Shown here piece by piece: positions 1 through 13,052 of a stretch of DNA of 64,000 bases (position 1 is its first letter; each line of letters starts with the position of its first letter). The DNA is from Podarcis vaucheri (Eukaryota): the NCBI GenBank assembly GCA_965113315.1, contig OZ220363.1; one strand, given 5' to 3'. A program made the position numbers and the translations under genes. The notes beneath the pieces were generated by a model. It saw nothing but the letters and a program-made list of their open reading frames with translations. It did not search any database and was not told the DNA's origin.

Positions 1-647
1 CAGTTTGGGCAAACTGGATGCCTAAATAAGGTGCCTCTGCAGAAATTGGGGAAAGGTGGTCCTTGCTTCTGGTTGGAGATCTTCACCAGGCTGTTCCCCT
101 AAGCCCTGTTGGACATGGTGTGAGAGAGTATAGCAGTGGCCTATGTTGATATAGCACCTGGGCAGGCATAGGAGCCCTGGATTTTAGCCTGCCAAGGGCT
201 CTGAGGCAGAAAACCCCTGTCCTCTTTGGGGAAAGAGCCTCCCCTGGAACACGGAGGCAGCCCTGGGAGGAACGTACTGTCTCTGGGGTTTGGTTTGGCC
301 TGGGGAAAGGAGACATGGACATCTTGAGAAAAGCACAGCACTGAAACAGCCCTGAGAAGAACAGGACTTGGAGCGGGGAGGACTGCAGGCCTGCGAGGAA
401 AGCAGATATTATGAAGCAACACTTTGGGCAGAAAACCTGATACGCAGTTGACCAAGCACGAGATGGTGGTGCCTTTGCTTGATGGCCCATGCAAGGCATG
501 GAACATGCCCCCTTTGACGTCCTCCTTCCCCAGGTGCAGTGGGCTAGACTGAAAGTTAGGACAAGGGCTGACTTCGATGTGAGAGATCCAGGGTCAGGAT
601 CTCTGACAGTTTAATCAATACTAATAGAAGCTTTGGGGTGGGAACAA

Positions 648-683
<36 letters not shown>
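648..683. repeat. (CAT)n microsatellite
   Basis: Direct reading. Confidence 0.95.
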
Positions 684-684
<1 letters not shown>

Positions 685-1649
685 TGAGGGACCATTGTGG
701 CTCATATATGACACTAGTACTATTGGGGGAAAAGAAGCCTCAGTTGTTTTGATTTTGAATTATAAGCATTTTGAAAATTTATTAGATTGCCAAGTGTAGT
801 TAAGGATAGTTAAGGATGTTCACCTATGGAGTTGCTATTTCTGCCAATTTGAGCATTTTATTATGTTCACAATAACAGTTCTGAATAAAGCACCTAAAAC
901 CAATTAAGAATGCTTGCAAAACCTGAAAAGTAAACAGGCACTGCCTGCAGGCTTGCAATCCAATCAGAGAAGAGTCCTGCAAAGAGGAAAGCGAATGAAG
1001 GTAAATAAGAGGGGAGGGGAAGTTGGCAAACTCTTCTCACAACTAGAAGATTGGACTGAGTTGTTTTCACTAGGATTTAGCCAACAGATGGCTCACCGTG
1101 TGAACTTTTGGTAGACAGGAATAACTGCAGCTGGTGATGGAAAATATGAAGGACGGACCCCCTGTACTCTCGACAAATGGGCTTTAATTTTCCTTTCCAC
1201 ATACGCTGCCGTGTGTATCGTTTTGGAGAGAGAGAGAGCCAGATAAGAATGTTCCCGTGTCACTGAGTAAAAAGAGGGTGTTTCTTCCTAGTGGGAACAG
1301 GATACAGGTGCACAATGTGTGCTTGGTGTTTACAAGTTAACCCTCTTCCTCACAGCAGAAGAACAAAGCTGGACAGAATGCTAAATTGTACTTATACAAA
1401 AACAATCGCATGCAGACTGTAATCCTACTTAAATTTGTAATGTCTGAAACAGCACCTGACATATTTTTATATTACATTTTTACCCCTCCTTCCAAGAAGA
1501 GCATAGATTTACCCCCCCTTCCATTTCTGCATTAAAAAAAGTAAACCCAATTTAGAGTGGGTACAAGTATGCAGTGCTTGGGGCTGAAGTTTCTCTAAGT
1601 CAGCTTGCTGAGCAAGGTGGTGTTTCTAGGGGGGTCTACAAATATAAAA

Positions 1650-2014
1650 GGGACGCGGGTGGCGCTGTGGGTAAAAGCCTCAGCGCCTAGGGCTTGCCGA
1701 TCGAAAGGTCGGTGGTTCGAATCCCCGCGGCGGGGTGCGCTCCCGCTGCTCGGTCCCAGCGCCTGCCAACCTAGCAGTTCGAAAGCACCCCCGGGTGCAA
1801 GTAGATAAATAGGTACCGCTTACCAGCGGGAAGGTAAACGGTGTTTCCGTGTGCTGCGCTGGCTCGCCAGATGCAGCTTTGTCACGCTGGCCACGTGACC
1901 CGGAAGTGTCTCCGGACAGCGCTGGCCCCCGGCCTCTTGAGTGAGATGGGCGCACAAACCCCAGAGTCTGTCAAGACTGGCCCGTTCGGGCAGGGGTACC
2001 TTTACCTTTACCTT
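1650..2014 (+). mobile_element. Sauria-type SINE (young)
   Basis: GGGACGCGGGTGGCGCTGTGG head, B box GGTTCGAATCC, (ACCTTT)n tail, TSD TACAAATATAAAA at 1637-1649 and 2015-2027. Confidence 0.93.
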
Positions 2015-5000
2015 TACAAATATAAAAACTTGCTTTACTCCCAAGTCCTCTAACCACACCTGCGGCTTGGGAAGAGGCAGGCTCGTATCTCACTGCGGTC
2101 GGATTATCACATTGCACAAGCTTCTCCTTACTTATTTGTATTTATTTATAGGCTGCCTTTTGATAAAATGCACATACCCAAATATGTAAAAAAAAGCATC
2201 CAAAAGCAAGAGAGCCAACAGCAAAAATGGTAAAACGCAGCATGTTTTTTAACCCCCCCCCCTCCCGAAGAAGAATCAGAATATCCCAAAGGGTTGCGCA
2301 GGGCACCACTGAAAGTTCTCTAAACTTCAGTGCAATTGAGATAAGGCCCAGCCTCTCTCAAGTATTCCGGAACAGGGATGACAGGAATTCAAGTTTATAG
2401 GACCTACCTCATTTTCTGATTAATTCTAAGGTCTATCAACCAGCGTCAGGTGCAAAAGAAAGGGCAGGAGCACAGACATAAGCTAATAATTAAGGAACAG
2501 GCTGCCTCTACATGTGTTCAGCCCAGGAATTGTAATCGGCATGAAAACCAAGCTCACAGTCGTTTCACACAAAAGCCCACTTCTGGTTTTCCTTCCAGCT
2601 TCCTTTGTTTTAGCGGCCTAATTTAATGATGGAAGCCTTTTAGTAGTTGCTCTTGGCAGCCGGTTGAGAGTAGTTTAGAAACTCTTGCTGATCCATGACA
2701 AATTAGTCAGATATCTACCAGCAGACGCTGATCTAAATTGTGCCCGTGCTTTTTCTGGAGCATATAGTAAGCTTGAAAGAGAGGCAGGAATTTCTTTCAC
2801 TTGCACTGGGTTAAATCCAAGAAATACCTGAGGGTTTTCTGCTGCTGTTTCTTACTTTCTCCACACACCAGTGCAGTTTCGAGGTTGGGGGCTCCAGGCC
2901 AGGGCATGATCTGTGCTTTATCCTTACGAGAAAGGTTTTGAATATTTGCTTTTGACGAGCTGGTGAGTGGATTTGTGGATTTCTGTGCTTTTCTCTCTGA
3001 CCTTCAGTGCTTCCACCCAGTGACTTGCCATTCATTCACTTTAGTGAAGGCGATTGAGCTCTGAATGCATAAGGTTTTCTGTATGGTGTTGTCTTTCCCT
3101 GCAGACATGCAGAGCCAACTTATGCACATGTCTGCAGGCATTGCCCTATTCATTACCAAGTGGCATTATCTCATTTGAGGCAGTTGAGAGATGCACCCTG
3201 ATGTGATGATCGTGTAGTGGCATGTTTAGAAAAGCTGTGCAGACATATATTTTTTATTCCACTAGTACCACATCTGATGCTGACTGCTTAATATGATTGT
3301 ATTTATTTTATACACTGGCTGTATTTTAGTAGTGCTTGCAGCACCTGAGATTGAAGGTGGGGGTGTCTTTTTAAATGCATTGAAAATACCCTCCATTTAT
3401 AAGATAAGTAGGAACAGTAAGAACATCTAAAATGTATAAAAACAGTCACATACCCTCACAGCCAATAATGTCAAGACTACTGGGAGCAGTATCTTTCAGC
3501 CATTGTAAGCTTTTAACTTTCTCCTAAAAGTTAGTAATGAGAAAGGCAGGCTCACATCAGCAGGAAAGGCATTTCACAAATGGGGAGCCATCACTAAGAA
3601 GGCCCTTGGGCAGAACTTTTCCTGTAGTTGCATCATTTTACTGGGATTCACCTCTCACTGCTGGTATTTAGGTGTCTCCTTAAAACACATATATGTAGGC
3701 CTTTGGCAGCATGTGATTTATCTGTCTGATTTCAGTGGCATTTATTTTGTTTTGTATTGCATACTATGTTTTAAATCTTGTATACCACTTTGAGGCTGTA
3801 TAAAAATGTCTTAATAAATAACCCTAAGGGTAAGCTGAGCTGAGAGATAGTGACAGGCCTGAGTTGAGCTTCATCGTAGCTAAATGTGGGGATTTGAACT
3901 CTTCTCCCCAGCACTACTCCACCAAATGGGAAGGCAGAGAATTTGCTTCTGAATGGAGGGACATAGTAAGCACAGAGCCCTGTCTTTCCTTGTAGCTGCA
4001 TTTCAGATGCAAGCTGCATCCGAATAGATTGCGATCTTTGTGCCGTGGCGTGCTATGTGAAATTGCACTGCCAGATCGCAGTCAAACCCACAACAGAGTA
4101 GTATGCGAAGAGGACTTGATTACCTCTTTCCCAGCATATTGCTGGCAGTGATTATTTTGCCAGAGGCAAATGATATGTACAATCAGTGCATATTTTTCTT
4201 GCGAAGAGCTCTAGTAACTGAGATAAGTTTACGAGATATCCTTAGAAAACACACACAACAAACCCTGATAATGAAAAGAGCACTTTCTGGGCTGTAAATG
4301 AGACTCGCAATAAGTGTTTGCCATCTACAGAGGATTAAGGGGCATAAAAGTTTGATGACGCTTCCGAGTAAAGATTCTCTGTCTTTGTTGAGAGTCTTCT
4401 TTTTAGTGGGAGGTTATATGCTTGTAATTTAGAAACCTTGATAATTGCATTTTTCCCCACCCCCTTTGGAAGCGAATCTGCTTGTGCCACTTGCCACTGA
4501 CATCATAAAGCTTTGAACTTTTAAATTTAATTGGTAAATAAGTGTCAGATATTGATTAAATAGGCCGGTTTGACTCTTCACAGATAATGGGTCTCAAAAC
4601 AAAATAATAGATGCTTTCATGTTTCCCTGAGAAGGGTATGTGTGTCTGTGAGCGAGTGGTTCCCTAAATTGCTGCTTAAAGATCATTCAAGTCTGGTTAT
4701 TACAGACCTTGTAGCAAAACAAGAGTTCAGTTCATGGACAGACCAAATTAACGTCTATACCTTAAGCAAGCTTTTTGGAATGCAAAGGAGTTCTGTCTTT
4801 GTAAAATACGTGATAGGCTATTGATATTTTGGGCTGCTACAATAGTTTACTTGACATTTTATATTATATAGTGTTTTAAGGGGTCACAGCACTTCATATA
4901 CCATATTTCAATAATAGCAGGTCACACCAAAGACTGATAAATCTTCACTGGTGGAATCCAGTTGCGCTTTTGCGCCTGTGAATGTGTTCCCTAAGGGGAA

Positions 5001-6218
5001 AAGGAGGAAAGTGGTTTTTGCTAATTTCCCATTCAGCCCTTTGAGCTGCCATTCACCTGTTGTGCAAAGTCCTCTGGTGTCTTTGCTGGATCAAAAGCCA
5101 GCCAAGAAAAAGGGTGGGGGTGCAGTCCCCCATGGCTGATGGTTGCTTATTATTAGATAACTAAGACAGACAATTAGCCATTTAGTTGCTCATGCCAGCA
5201 GTCTCTTAATTCTGCCATCAATTGGCACCAGGATTTTTCATGCACACTGCAGCATGTGAAGATGGTACAGAAATGTGTCATATGAAAGGCGGGTGAGGAA
5301 TTGTCTTCCAAAACTTTCTTAACCAAGTTCTTTTGTAGCAGTTAACGTACTAAATCTGTCCCCTGCTTCCTTGTCACAGCTGAAGATTTCATCATTCTAC
5401 TGTTAGCATTCCCTGAAGGCTTCGCTGTTCTTGAGCAATGCAACGGCAGCAAGCTAATGTACATTTTATAGCAAAACCCATGTGATCTCATTGTTTTGAT
5501 TAGGCAATACAGTGTCAGGTACGGATATAAAAGATTATGACGCTTGATCGCCTTCTAAATCTTGATAACTGTAGGAAAGACTGATGTTTTGTGGTTACTC
5601 TGAATTAGGGCTAAGTATAAATTTCCTTGGAAGAAAATGAGCACTGGCAGGTAAGTCCTGCTTCTTGTGTTCATCCTTGATTCATGCATTACTTCTGCTA
5701 CTGTGTGATTTTGGAGCCTGAAGTGTAGTAGTGGGCAGAAGATAATGCTCTCTGGGGCTTCGCTCTGCTACTCAGTCTTAGACTGATTCTGCACTTCCTT
5801 CTTCTACCCTCTGCTTGAAGAAGACTCCAAGGCCTGAGTGCCACATATCCAGGTTGCTTCTGGGGTTTGTTTTTGGCCTTCTGGCCTGTTCCAAAGCCCT
5901 GAACCATAACACATAGCAAGATGATATTCTGGCTTAGTCAGGTGAGACCAGAGTGGCCTTGCTGGCTGAGGCTGAAGGGAGTGATAGATACCATTGTATT
6001 TGCTGTGATCTGTGGGTGCTGGGCTGCTAACCCTCAAAGAATAGGTAACCTTTCGTCCTTGGGAAGTTGGTGGACTTCAGTTCCCAACAGCCTCAGTCAG
6101 AATTGCATATTAGTTCATCTGCTCTCTGCAACTTCCTCCCAGAAAGTCCAACCTTGTTTAGGATTTTCTGGCAGCAAATAACTTCACTCTACCAAAAAGC
6201 ACAAAGGATTGTCTAAAG

Positions 6219-6463
6219 CAGGGGTCAGCAACCTAAGGCCCATAAGCGGGCCACATGGGTCATTTAATCGGCCCACGAGCTGCCCCCCAACCGAGCTGCC
6301 TGCTCGGCGAGTCCCCGTGTGCTACGCTAAACCGACACAGTGCGGTGCGGGGACTTGCTTCTGCGGCGCCGGAAATCGCATCATGGGTGCACGCGATCTG
6401 GCCCACGGAGGGATCTCCGCTGAAGTGAACCGGCCCAGGTGAGGTAAACCTTCCCGACCCCTG
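6219..6463 (+). mobile_element. hAT (Charlie-like) MITE
   Basis: CAGGGGTCAGCAA...CCGACCCCTG TIRs; TSD GTCTAAAG/ATCTAAAG. Confidence 0.88.
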
Positions 6464-7792
6464 ATCTAAAGGTAGGAGTGGGGGCAATTCATGGGTGCAA
6501 ACAAAAATATATCGAACGTTAAAAAAAATCCACAGTGTGTGTGTTTTGTGTCACACTCCTTGTACAAATAAAATACTCGCGTCTCCAGTAAAACAAACAA
6601 TTTAATACAAACAATTTAAAACATCTGTGTATTGCGTGATCTATGCATGCCAATGTCCTTCTGTGTTCATTGGCACTGGCAGCAAAATGTGCATAGGTTT
6701 GAAGCCTAATATTCCTTATGTAAATTGCTTCACAGGGAGAATGTTTATGTCTGGATTATAAAACACAAAAACATTCATGCTTTTGCCTCACAGCTATTTG
6801 AAGAACCTTCACTTGGTAGCGGAGAGGAGAAGAAGAAGAAGAAGAAGCGTATTGCTCAGAGCATATAATTATTACCTTATGAGGCTTGGGGAGATTACAA
6901 TAAGATAATGTGTGTGAAGTACTTTGAACATTGGGAAGCGCCTTATAAAGGATAGTAGTAACAAGCATCCTGTGCATTAATATCAAATTTGTTATCAGAG
7001 CGCCAGTCTTGATGCAGCCAAAATGGCTTCACTCAGATCCAAGCAGTGGTATCAGTAGGTGATCTATCAGAGAGCTCTTTGGGTTCCTAATGTCCAGCTG
7101 TTCTTATTTAGTCAGCTTCCAGGTAAAACCTGATTTTACAAGTTTGCATCCTTGCTTTTCCAACTGAGAATCTTTTTGCTTTCTTTTCCTTGTTCTTTAA
7201 TAAGAGGATTTCCACCCCCCACCCCCCAGTGCAGGGAATTTTGATATGCAGATTTGTACAGTCTTCTACAGGCAGCCTCTCTGAGTCCTCATGGTGCAAT
7301 CACAAGGAACAGCTCTGTATTTGTGCTACAGCATTTTTTTGCATGCTTCGCACATAAGCAACCAATCTCTCTGTGGCCAACTAATCTAAAGTTGATTCTG
7401 AGTGTTGCCACATTTGTTATCTGATTATTTTTATTCTTCACTTGTGCCATGTACTTGGGTGTTGATAGACTAGAAGTGTCAGTTAACGAGCCTAATTAAA
7501 TAATTGCATAGTATTTGTATTAATTTTATTAGCTTTATGTTAATTAATGAGGGAGAAGTTCTATTTCTGCTAGGCAGGTTATTCAACTGTAACGCTGAGT
7601 GGAGTTTTTTTAGTGTTGGGTAGAGAACAATGATAAACAAGGAGACCTCATGATTTTTTAAAACTGCGAGGTGCAGACTTCCAGAAAGTAATTGCCTCCA
7701 ATCACTTGTCTTTACATTGTAGTTGAGTTGAGTTGAAAATCTATAAAACATTGGGCGGGGTTATAATTCACAGCAGAAGACATGCCTTGCAT

Positions 7793-7965
7793 GCAGAATC
7801 AGAGTTGGAGGGAACCTTGGAGTTCATGTAATCCAACCCCCTGCTCAGTGCAAGAATCTGAAGTTCAGGATGCAGTTACAGCATCCCTCAATGATGACCG
7901 TTCAGTCTCTGCTTAAATACCTCTAGCAAAGGCAAGCCCACCACAGTCTGTTCCACTCTTGAACA
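7793..7965 (-). mobile_element. Older CR1 3' fragment interrupted by the young CR1; continues at about 11039-11310
   Basis: agaatcagagttggagggaacc...tccaacccc...ctgttccactcttgaaca, resuming as aacagctctt...cctaatattgacc after the insertion. Confidence 0.75.
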
Positions 7966-8008
7966 CTCTGTTCCACTCTTGAACAGTCTGTTCCACTCTT
8001 GAACACTC

Positions 8009-10951
8009 TTGAACACTCTGACTAATGTGGGGGAGGGAGACAGTGCTCCTGAAGGTAGGAGTCTATCAATTAATGAAGATGATCATCCAAATGTCATAGA
8101 CCAAATGGAGCAAACAGCACGCGGACCTAGTGGAGGGAGGAAAAAATCCTTAAATAAGAGACACGGGGGAATGATTAATGGACTTCAATGTCTGTACACT
8201 AATGCGCAAAGCATGGGAAATAAACAAGATGAGCTTGAGCTCTTGGTACAGCAAACTAAATATGACATAATAGGCATCACTGAAACCTGGTGGGATAAGT
8301 CCCACGATTGGAATGTAATAATAATGGAGGGATACAATCTATTTCAGAGAAACAGACCAGACAAGAAAGGAGGAGGAGTGGCGTTATATGTCAGGGGTGT
8401 GTATACCTGTGAAGAGATCCAAGATTTAGAACCCCAAAGCCAAAGTGAGAGCATTTGGGTCAAAATTAAGGGAGAGAAGAATAACAGAGACCTCATTGTG
8501 GGAGTTTACTATAGATCCCCAAGCCAAACGGAGGACATAGATGATGCCTTCCTGGAACAGATGGCCAAGCATGCAAAAGGAAGGGAGATAATAGTAATGG
8601 GGGACTTCAATTACCCGGATATTTGTTGGACGTCAAACTCAGCCAAGAGTATAAGGTCAAACAGATTCCTCACTGGCCTTGCAGACAACTTCATTGTCCA
8701 GAAAGTGGGAGAAGCAACAAGAGGAACAGCCATTTTAGACCTGGTCCTAACCAATGTTGATGACCTGGTTAGTGGGGTAGATGTGGAAGGATCATTAGGC
8801 GCGAGTGATCATGCTCTTCTGAAGTTTACTATACAGCGGAAAGTAGCAGCCAAGCATACTAGGACTCAATTTCTTGACTTTAAGAAAGCCGACTTCATAA
8901 AACTTAGGGAAGTGCTGGGTGAGATCCCATGGACAGCAATACTAAAAGGAAAGGGAGTTCATGATGGCTGGGAGTTTGTTAAGACGGAGATAGTAAAAGC
9001 ACAACGTCAGGCAATACCAATGAGACGAAAACATGGAAGGTGCCTAAAGAAACCAGGGTGGCTATCTAAAGAACTTTTAACTGAATTAAGATTAAAAAAG
9101 GATGTGTACAAAAAATGGAAAAGGGGGGAAACCACCAAAGAGGAATTCAAACAAATAGCCAGCACGTGTAGACACAAAGTCAGAAAAGCTAAAGCACAGA
9201 ATGAACTCAGGCTTGCTAGAGAGGTTAAAAGGAACAAAAAAGGCTTTTATGGGTATGTTCGTAGCAAAAGGAAGAACAAAGAAACAGTGGGGTCACTCAG
9301 AGGAGAAGATGGTGAAATGCAAACAGGGGACACAGAAAGGGCTGAACTCCTCAATGCCTTCTTTGCCTCAGTCTTCTCCGATAAAGAAGACAATGCCCGA
9401 CCTGAAGAATTTGAAGCAAATGATTCAGCAAAGGAAACACAGCCCAGAATAACTAAGGAGATAGTACAAGAATATTTGGCTAGATTAGATGTATTCAAGT
9501 CTCCAGGGCCAGATGAACTGCATCCAAGAGTATTAAAAGAACTGGCAGATGTGATCTCAGAACCACTGGCAGTCATCTTTGAGAATTCCTGGAGAACAGG
9601 CGAAGTCCCGGCAGACTGGAGGAGGGCAAATGTTGTCCCTATTTTCAAAAAGGGGAAAAGAGAGGACCCAAATAATTACCGCCCAGTCAGTCTGACATCA
9701 ATAGCAGGGAAGATTCTGGAGCAGATCATTAAGCAAACAGTCTGTGAGCACCTAGAAAGGAATGCTGTGATCACCAATAGTCAGCATGGATTTCTGAAAA
9801 ATAAGTCATGTCAGACTAACCTGATCTCGTTTTTTGACAGAATTACAAGCCTGGTAGATGAAGGGAACGCAGTGGATGTAGCCTACCTTGATTTCAGCAA
9901 AGCATTTGACAAGGTGCCCCATGATATTCTTGTAAAGAAGCTGGTAAAATGCGGTCTTGACTATGCTACCACTCAGTGGATTTGTAACTGGCTGACTGAC
10001 CGAACCCAAAGGGTGCTCATCAATGGTTCCTCTTCATCCTGGAGAAGAGTGACTAGTGGGGTGCCACAGGGTTCTGTCTTGGGCCCGGTCTTATTCAACA
10101 TCTTTATCAACGACTTGGATGATGGACTCAAGGGCATCCTGATCAAATTTGCAGATGACACCAAACTGGGAGGGGTGGCTAACACCCCAGAGGACAGGAT
10201 CACACTTCAAAACGACCTTGACAGATTAGAGAACTGGGCAAAAACAAACAAGATGAATTTTAACAGGGAGAAATGTAAAGTATTGCACTTGGGCAAAAAA
10301 AATGAGAGGCACAAATACAAGATGGGGGACACCTGGCTTGTGAGCAGTACATGTGAAAAGGATCTAGGAGTCTTGGTTGACCACAAACTTGACATGAGCC
10401 AACAGTGTGACGCGGCAGCTAAAAAAGCCAATGCAATTCTGGGCTGCATCAATAGGAGTATAGCATCTAGATCAAGGGAAGTAATAGTGCCACTGTATTC
10501 TGCTCTGGTCAGACCACACCTGGAGTACTGTGTCCAGTTCTGGGCACCACAATTCAAGAAGGACACTGACAAACTGGAACGTGTCCAGAAGAGGGCAACC
10601 AAAATGGTCAAAGGCCTGGAAACGATGCCTTATGAGGAACGGCTAAGGGAGCTGGGCATGTTTAGCCTGGAGAAGAGGAGGTTAAGGGGTGATATGATAG
10701 CCATGTTCAAATATATAAAAGGATGTCACATAGAGGAGGGAGAAAGGTTGTTTTCTACTGCTCCAGAGAAGCGGACACGGAGCAATGGATCCAAACTACA
10801 AGAAAGAAGATTCCACCTAAACATTAGGAAGAACTTCCTGACAGTAAGAGCTGTTCGACAGTGGAATTTGCTGCCAAGGAGTGTGGTGGAGTCTCCTACT
10901 TTGGAGGTCTTTAAGCAGAGGCTTGACAACCATATGTCAGGAGTGCTCTGA
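8009..10951 (+). CDS. CR1 ORF2: APE endonuclease + reverse transcriptase (true start probably an ATG at 8104 or 8171)
   Basis: 980-codon open frame with YTNAQS, ITETWW, GGGVALY, MGDFN, SDH (APE) and [33 protein letters not shown] (RT). Confidence 0.95.
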   Translation: MNTLTNVGEGDSAPEGRSLSINEDDHPNVIDQMEQTARGPSGGRKKSLNKRHGGMINGLQCLYTNAQSMGNKQDELELLVQQTKYDIIGITETWWDKSHDWNVIIMEGYNLFQRNRPDKKGGGVALYVRGVYTCEEIQDLEPQSQSESIWVKIKGEKNNRDLIVGVYYRSPSQTEDIDDAFLEQMAKHAKGREIIVMGDFNYPDICWTSNSAKSIRSNRFLTGLADNFIVQKVGEATRGTAILDLVLTNVDDLVSGVDVEGSLGASDHALLKFTIQRKVAAKHTRTQFLDFKKADFIKLREVLGEIPWTAILKGKGVHDGWEFVKTEIVKAQRQAIPMRRKHGRCLKKPGWLSKELLTELRLKKDVYKKWKRGETTKEEFKQIASTCRHKVRKAKAQNELRLAREVKRNKKGFYGYVRSKRKNKETVGSLRGEDGEMQTGDTERAELLNAFFASVFSDKEDNARPEEFEANDSAKETQPRITKEIVQEYLARLDVFKSPGPDELHPRVLKELADVISEPLAVIFENSWRTGEVPADWRRANVVPIFKKGKREDPNNYRPVSLTSIAGKILEQIIKQTVCEHLERNAVITNSQHGFLKNKSCQTNLISFFDRITSLVDEGNAVDVAYLDFSKAFDKVPHDILVKKLVKCGLDYATTQWICNWLTDRTQRVLINGSSSSWRRVTSGVPQGSVLGPVLFNIFINDLDDGLKGILIKFADDTKLGGVANTPEDRITLQNDLDRLENWAKTNKMNFNREKCKVLHLGKKNERHKYKMGDTWLVSSTCEKDLGVLVDHKLDMSQQCDAAAKKANAILGCINRSIASRSREVIVPLYSALVRPHLEYCVQFWAPQFKKDTDKLERVQKRATKMVKGLETMPYEERLRELGMFSLEKRRLRGDMIAMFKYIKGCHIEEGERLFSTAPEKRTRSNGSKLQERRFHLNIRKNFLTVRAVRQWNLLPRSVVESPTLEVFKQRLDNHMSGVL

Positions 10952-11038
10952 TGGTGTTTCCTGCTTGGCAGGGGGTTGGACTCGATGGCCCTTGTGGTCT
11001 CTTCCAACTCTATGATTCTATGATTCTATGATTCTATG
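8018..11038 (+). mobile_element. CR1 LINE, 5'-truncated (ORF1 essentially lost), intact ORF2 and 3' tail
   Basis: Uninterrupted EN+RT frame, CR1 3' UTR (GGCAGGGGGTTGGACTCGATGGCC...TTCCAACTC) and (ATTCTATG)n tail. Confidence 0.97.
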
Positions 11039-12467
11039 AACAGCTCTTGTTATTTCTCCTAATATTGACCTGATATCTACTTCTGTGCAGCTTCCATCCT
11101 TTGATTCTAGTTTGGCCCAAATTGGCAACAGAGACAAAATCAGCTCCAGCTTCTTCGTGGCACGCCTTCAAATTTTCAGAGACATCTCCCCTTCACCTCT
11201 TCCTATTCTGTCTAAGGCTAAACAATACTAGCTCTGGCAACCGTTCCTCAGAGGACTTAATTTTCAGACTCCTTGTTGTCCTGGCAGCTCTTCTCTGAGC
11301 ATGGTCCAGCTAGTAAGTGACTGTCACCACACCCATTATTCTGCTCTTGTCCTAGGCTCTTTCCAGGCCCAAACTCCAAACATCTCCCTCGACCTCTCCC
11401 ACCCCGCACCCCCAAATATTTTTATCCTGCATTCCTTTGCTTGGCTGCAAACTGTGGTCTGCTGATGCAACCAGACACAATGGCATGAGGTAATCTGGAG
11501 GACTTTCCCCCTGCTTTTGTAGCCAGTTAGACATTTGCAGCTCGATTTGAACTCGGCTGTGTTTAGCGGGTGCCTTGTCCTTTATATAGTTCCTTTTGTG
11601 ATGGGTATTATATGTCTTGTCTATAAATAGCTCCACCAAATGGCTTCACCAAAAGGGATAATCTTGCAAACAAAGGGGGCTTGACCTCATATGGGGGTCT
11701 TAGTCTTTGCACGGATTATATTGAACTGGCTCATACTAAGGGGGACAAATGTTGGTTTGTGTGCTGCATTCCAGCCTCACTAAAGACCCCAGATACTACT
11801 TGCTCCATCTTCCTGACCTTTTCTCTCCCAGCATGTTGCTGGGGATGAAGTCACTATTTCTGTGATTCAGTCTCCCAAACCGTTTGTATTTTAAAAGAGA
11901 GAGAGAGATTAAAAACAAAGGGGTGTTTTTACAACTGCTTCCTATTGATAATTGCTCTCACAGCAGGCATAGAACAGGCCACCCCTTGGAAAGCAAATGA
12001 CACATTTCCTCTTTGCACTGGCAGCCTGGCATCTAAACATTATCTGACGTTGCTGCAAGGGAGGCCTCAAATTTGCGCCCTGAACTTTTCTTAATCTTTA
12101 ATGGATATCTGAACCATCACACAATGCTGCTCTGTGTGTATATGTAATGAATTTCTAGTGTTGTTGTCTTCCATTCAGGCATCCGTGTGCTAAGCTATTT
12201 CTGGCTCATCGGATTCTTTTCTTCAAGGTTTGTGTGTGCATTGTGTTTACAGTGAAAGTGTACGAACGTGATCCAACACACTCACTATATTGTTGTTGGG
12301 TTCGATCCAGATTTGTCTTTGGCAGTGCTTTGAATGCTCTTGCAGGCGAAATAGAGAAGAGGTGATTTTTGGCCAGTCCTCCTCCTCCCTCTGCCCTCAG
12401 AAATGTTCTCCCGTTAGTGGAGCAGCAGCCTCTGCTAGATGTGAGTTATCATTTGCAAAAGGAAGGA

Positions 12468-12618
12468 GCATAGAATCATAGAATTGTGGCGTTGGAAGGG
12501 AACCCAAGAGTCATCTAGTCCAGTCCCCTGCAGTGTAGAAATCTCAGCTGAAGCATCCATGACAGATGCCTCCCCTCCCAACCTCTGCTTAAAAACCTCC
12601 AAGGAAGGAGAGTCCATA
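12468..12618 (-). mobile_element. CR1 3' fragment
   Basis: CATAGAATCATAGAAT tail; [12 protein letters not shown] on the - strand. Confidence 0.8.
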
Positions 12619-13052
12619 GAACTCTACAGTTATATGATTCTGTGTTCTCCTGTGAGGCTTCTATACTGCTGGGGCCTGTGGAAATAGTTTGCTTTCTCTT
12701 TTCCTGGTGAATTATTTTTAATGAGGGCCAAGCCACTTGTCAGTGAACTTGATCCAGACCGTTCTGAAAGTCTCTCATTTGCTTATGGAAGGGACTAACC
12801 TGGCGGAGGCGTCAGGCTGAGGTGGTGGCAGGGAAGCATTCCCCCCCCCATTCTCCATTTCTTTGCAGCCCCTCACATTTCCTATGTTGTTCTGGGGTGT
12901 CCCTCAACCTTCTGGGCAGCTTTGCAGGGGGCTGCCGAAATTGCATGCCCCTCTTCCTTCATGGAGGGGCTCTGGATCCAAGTCAGTGCAAGTCTGTCCA
13001 GAAATGCAGTGGCTCACCTTTCCCAGCGTGAATGGCCACCCTTCATTTATAA

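Noticed and set aside
1-608. Possible LTR ending in TGACA and ORFs 83..499 and 141..506
   Set aside because: Other end would lie outside the window, so no TSD can be verified; ORFs have no recognisable motifs.
4236-4243. ATATCCTT as the U12 donor for the long intron
   Set aside because: No BRF1 exon precedes it; one RTATCCTT in 20 kb is expected by chance.
7943-8021. CRISPR-like array
   Set aside because: Eukaryotic DNA; head-to-tail repeats with no unique spacers.
9007-11007. Antisense ORFs within the CR1
   Set aside because: Shadow frames of the intact ORF2.
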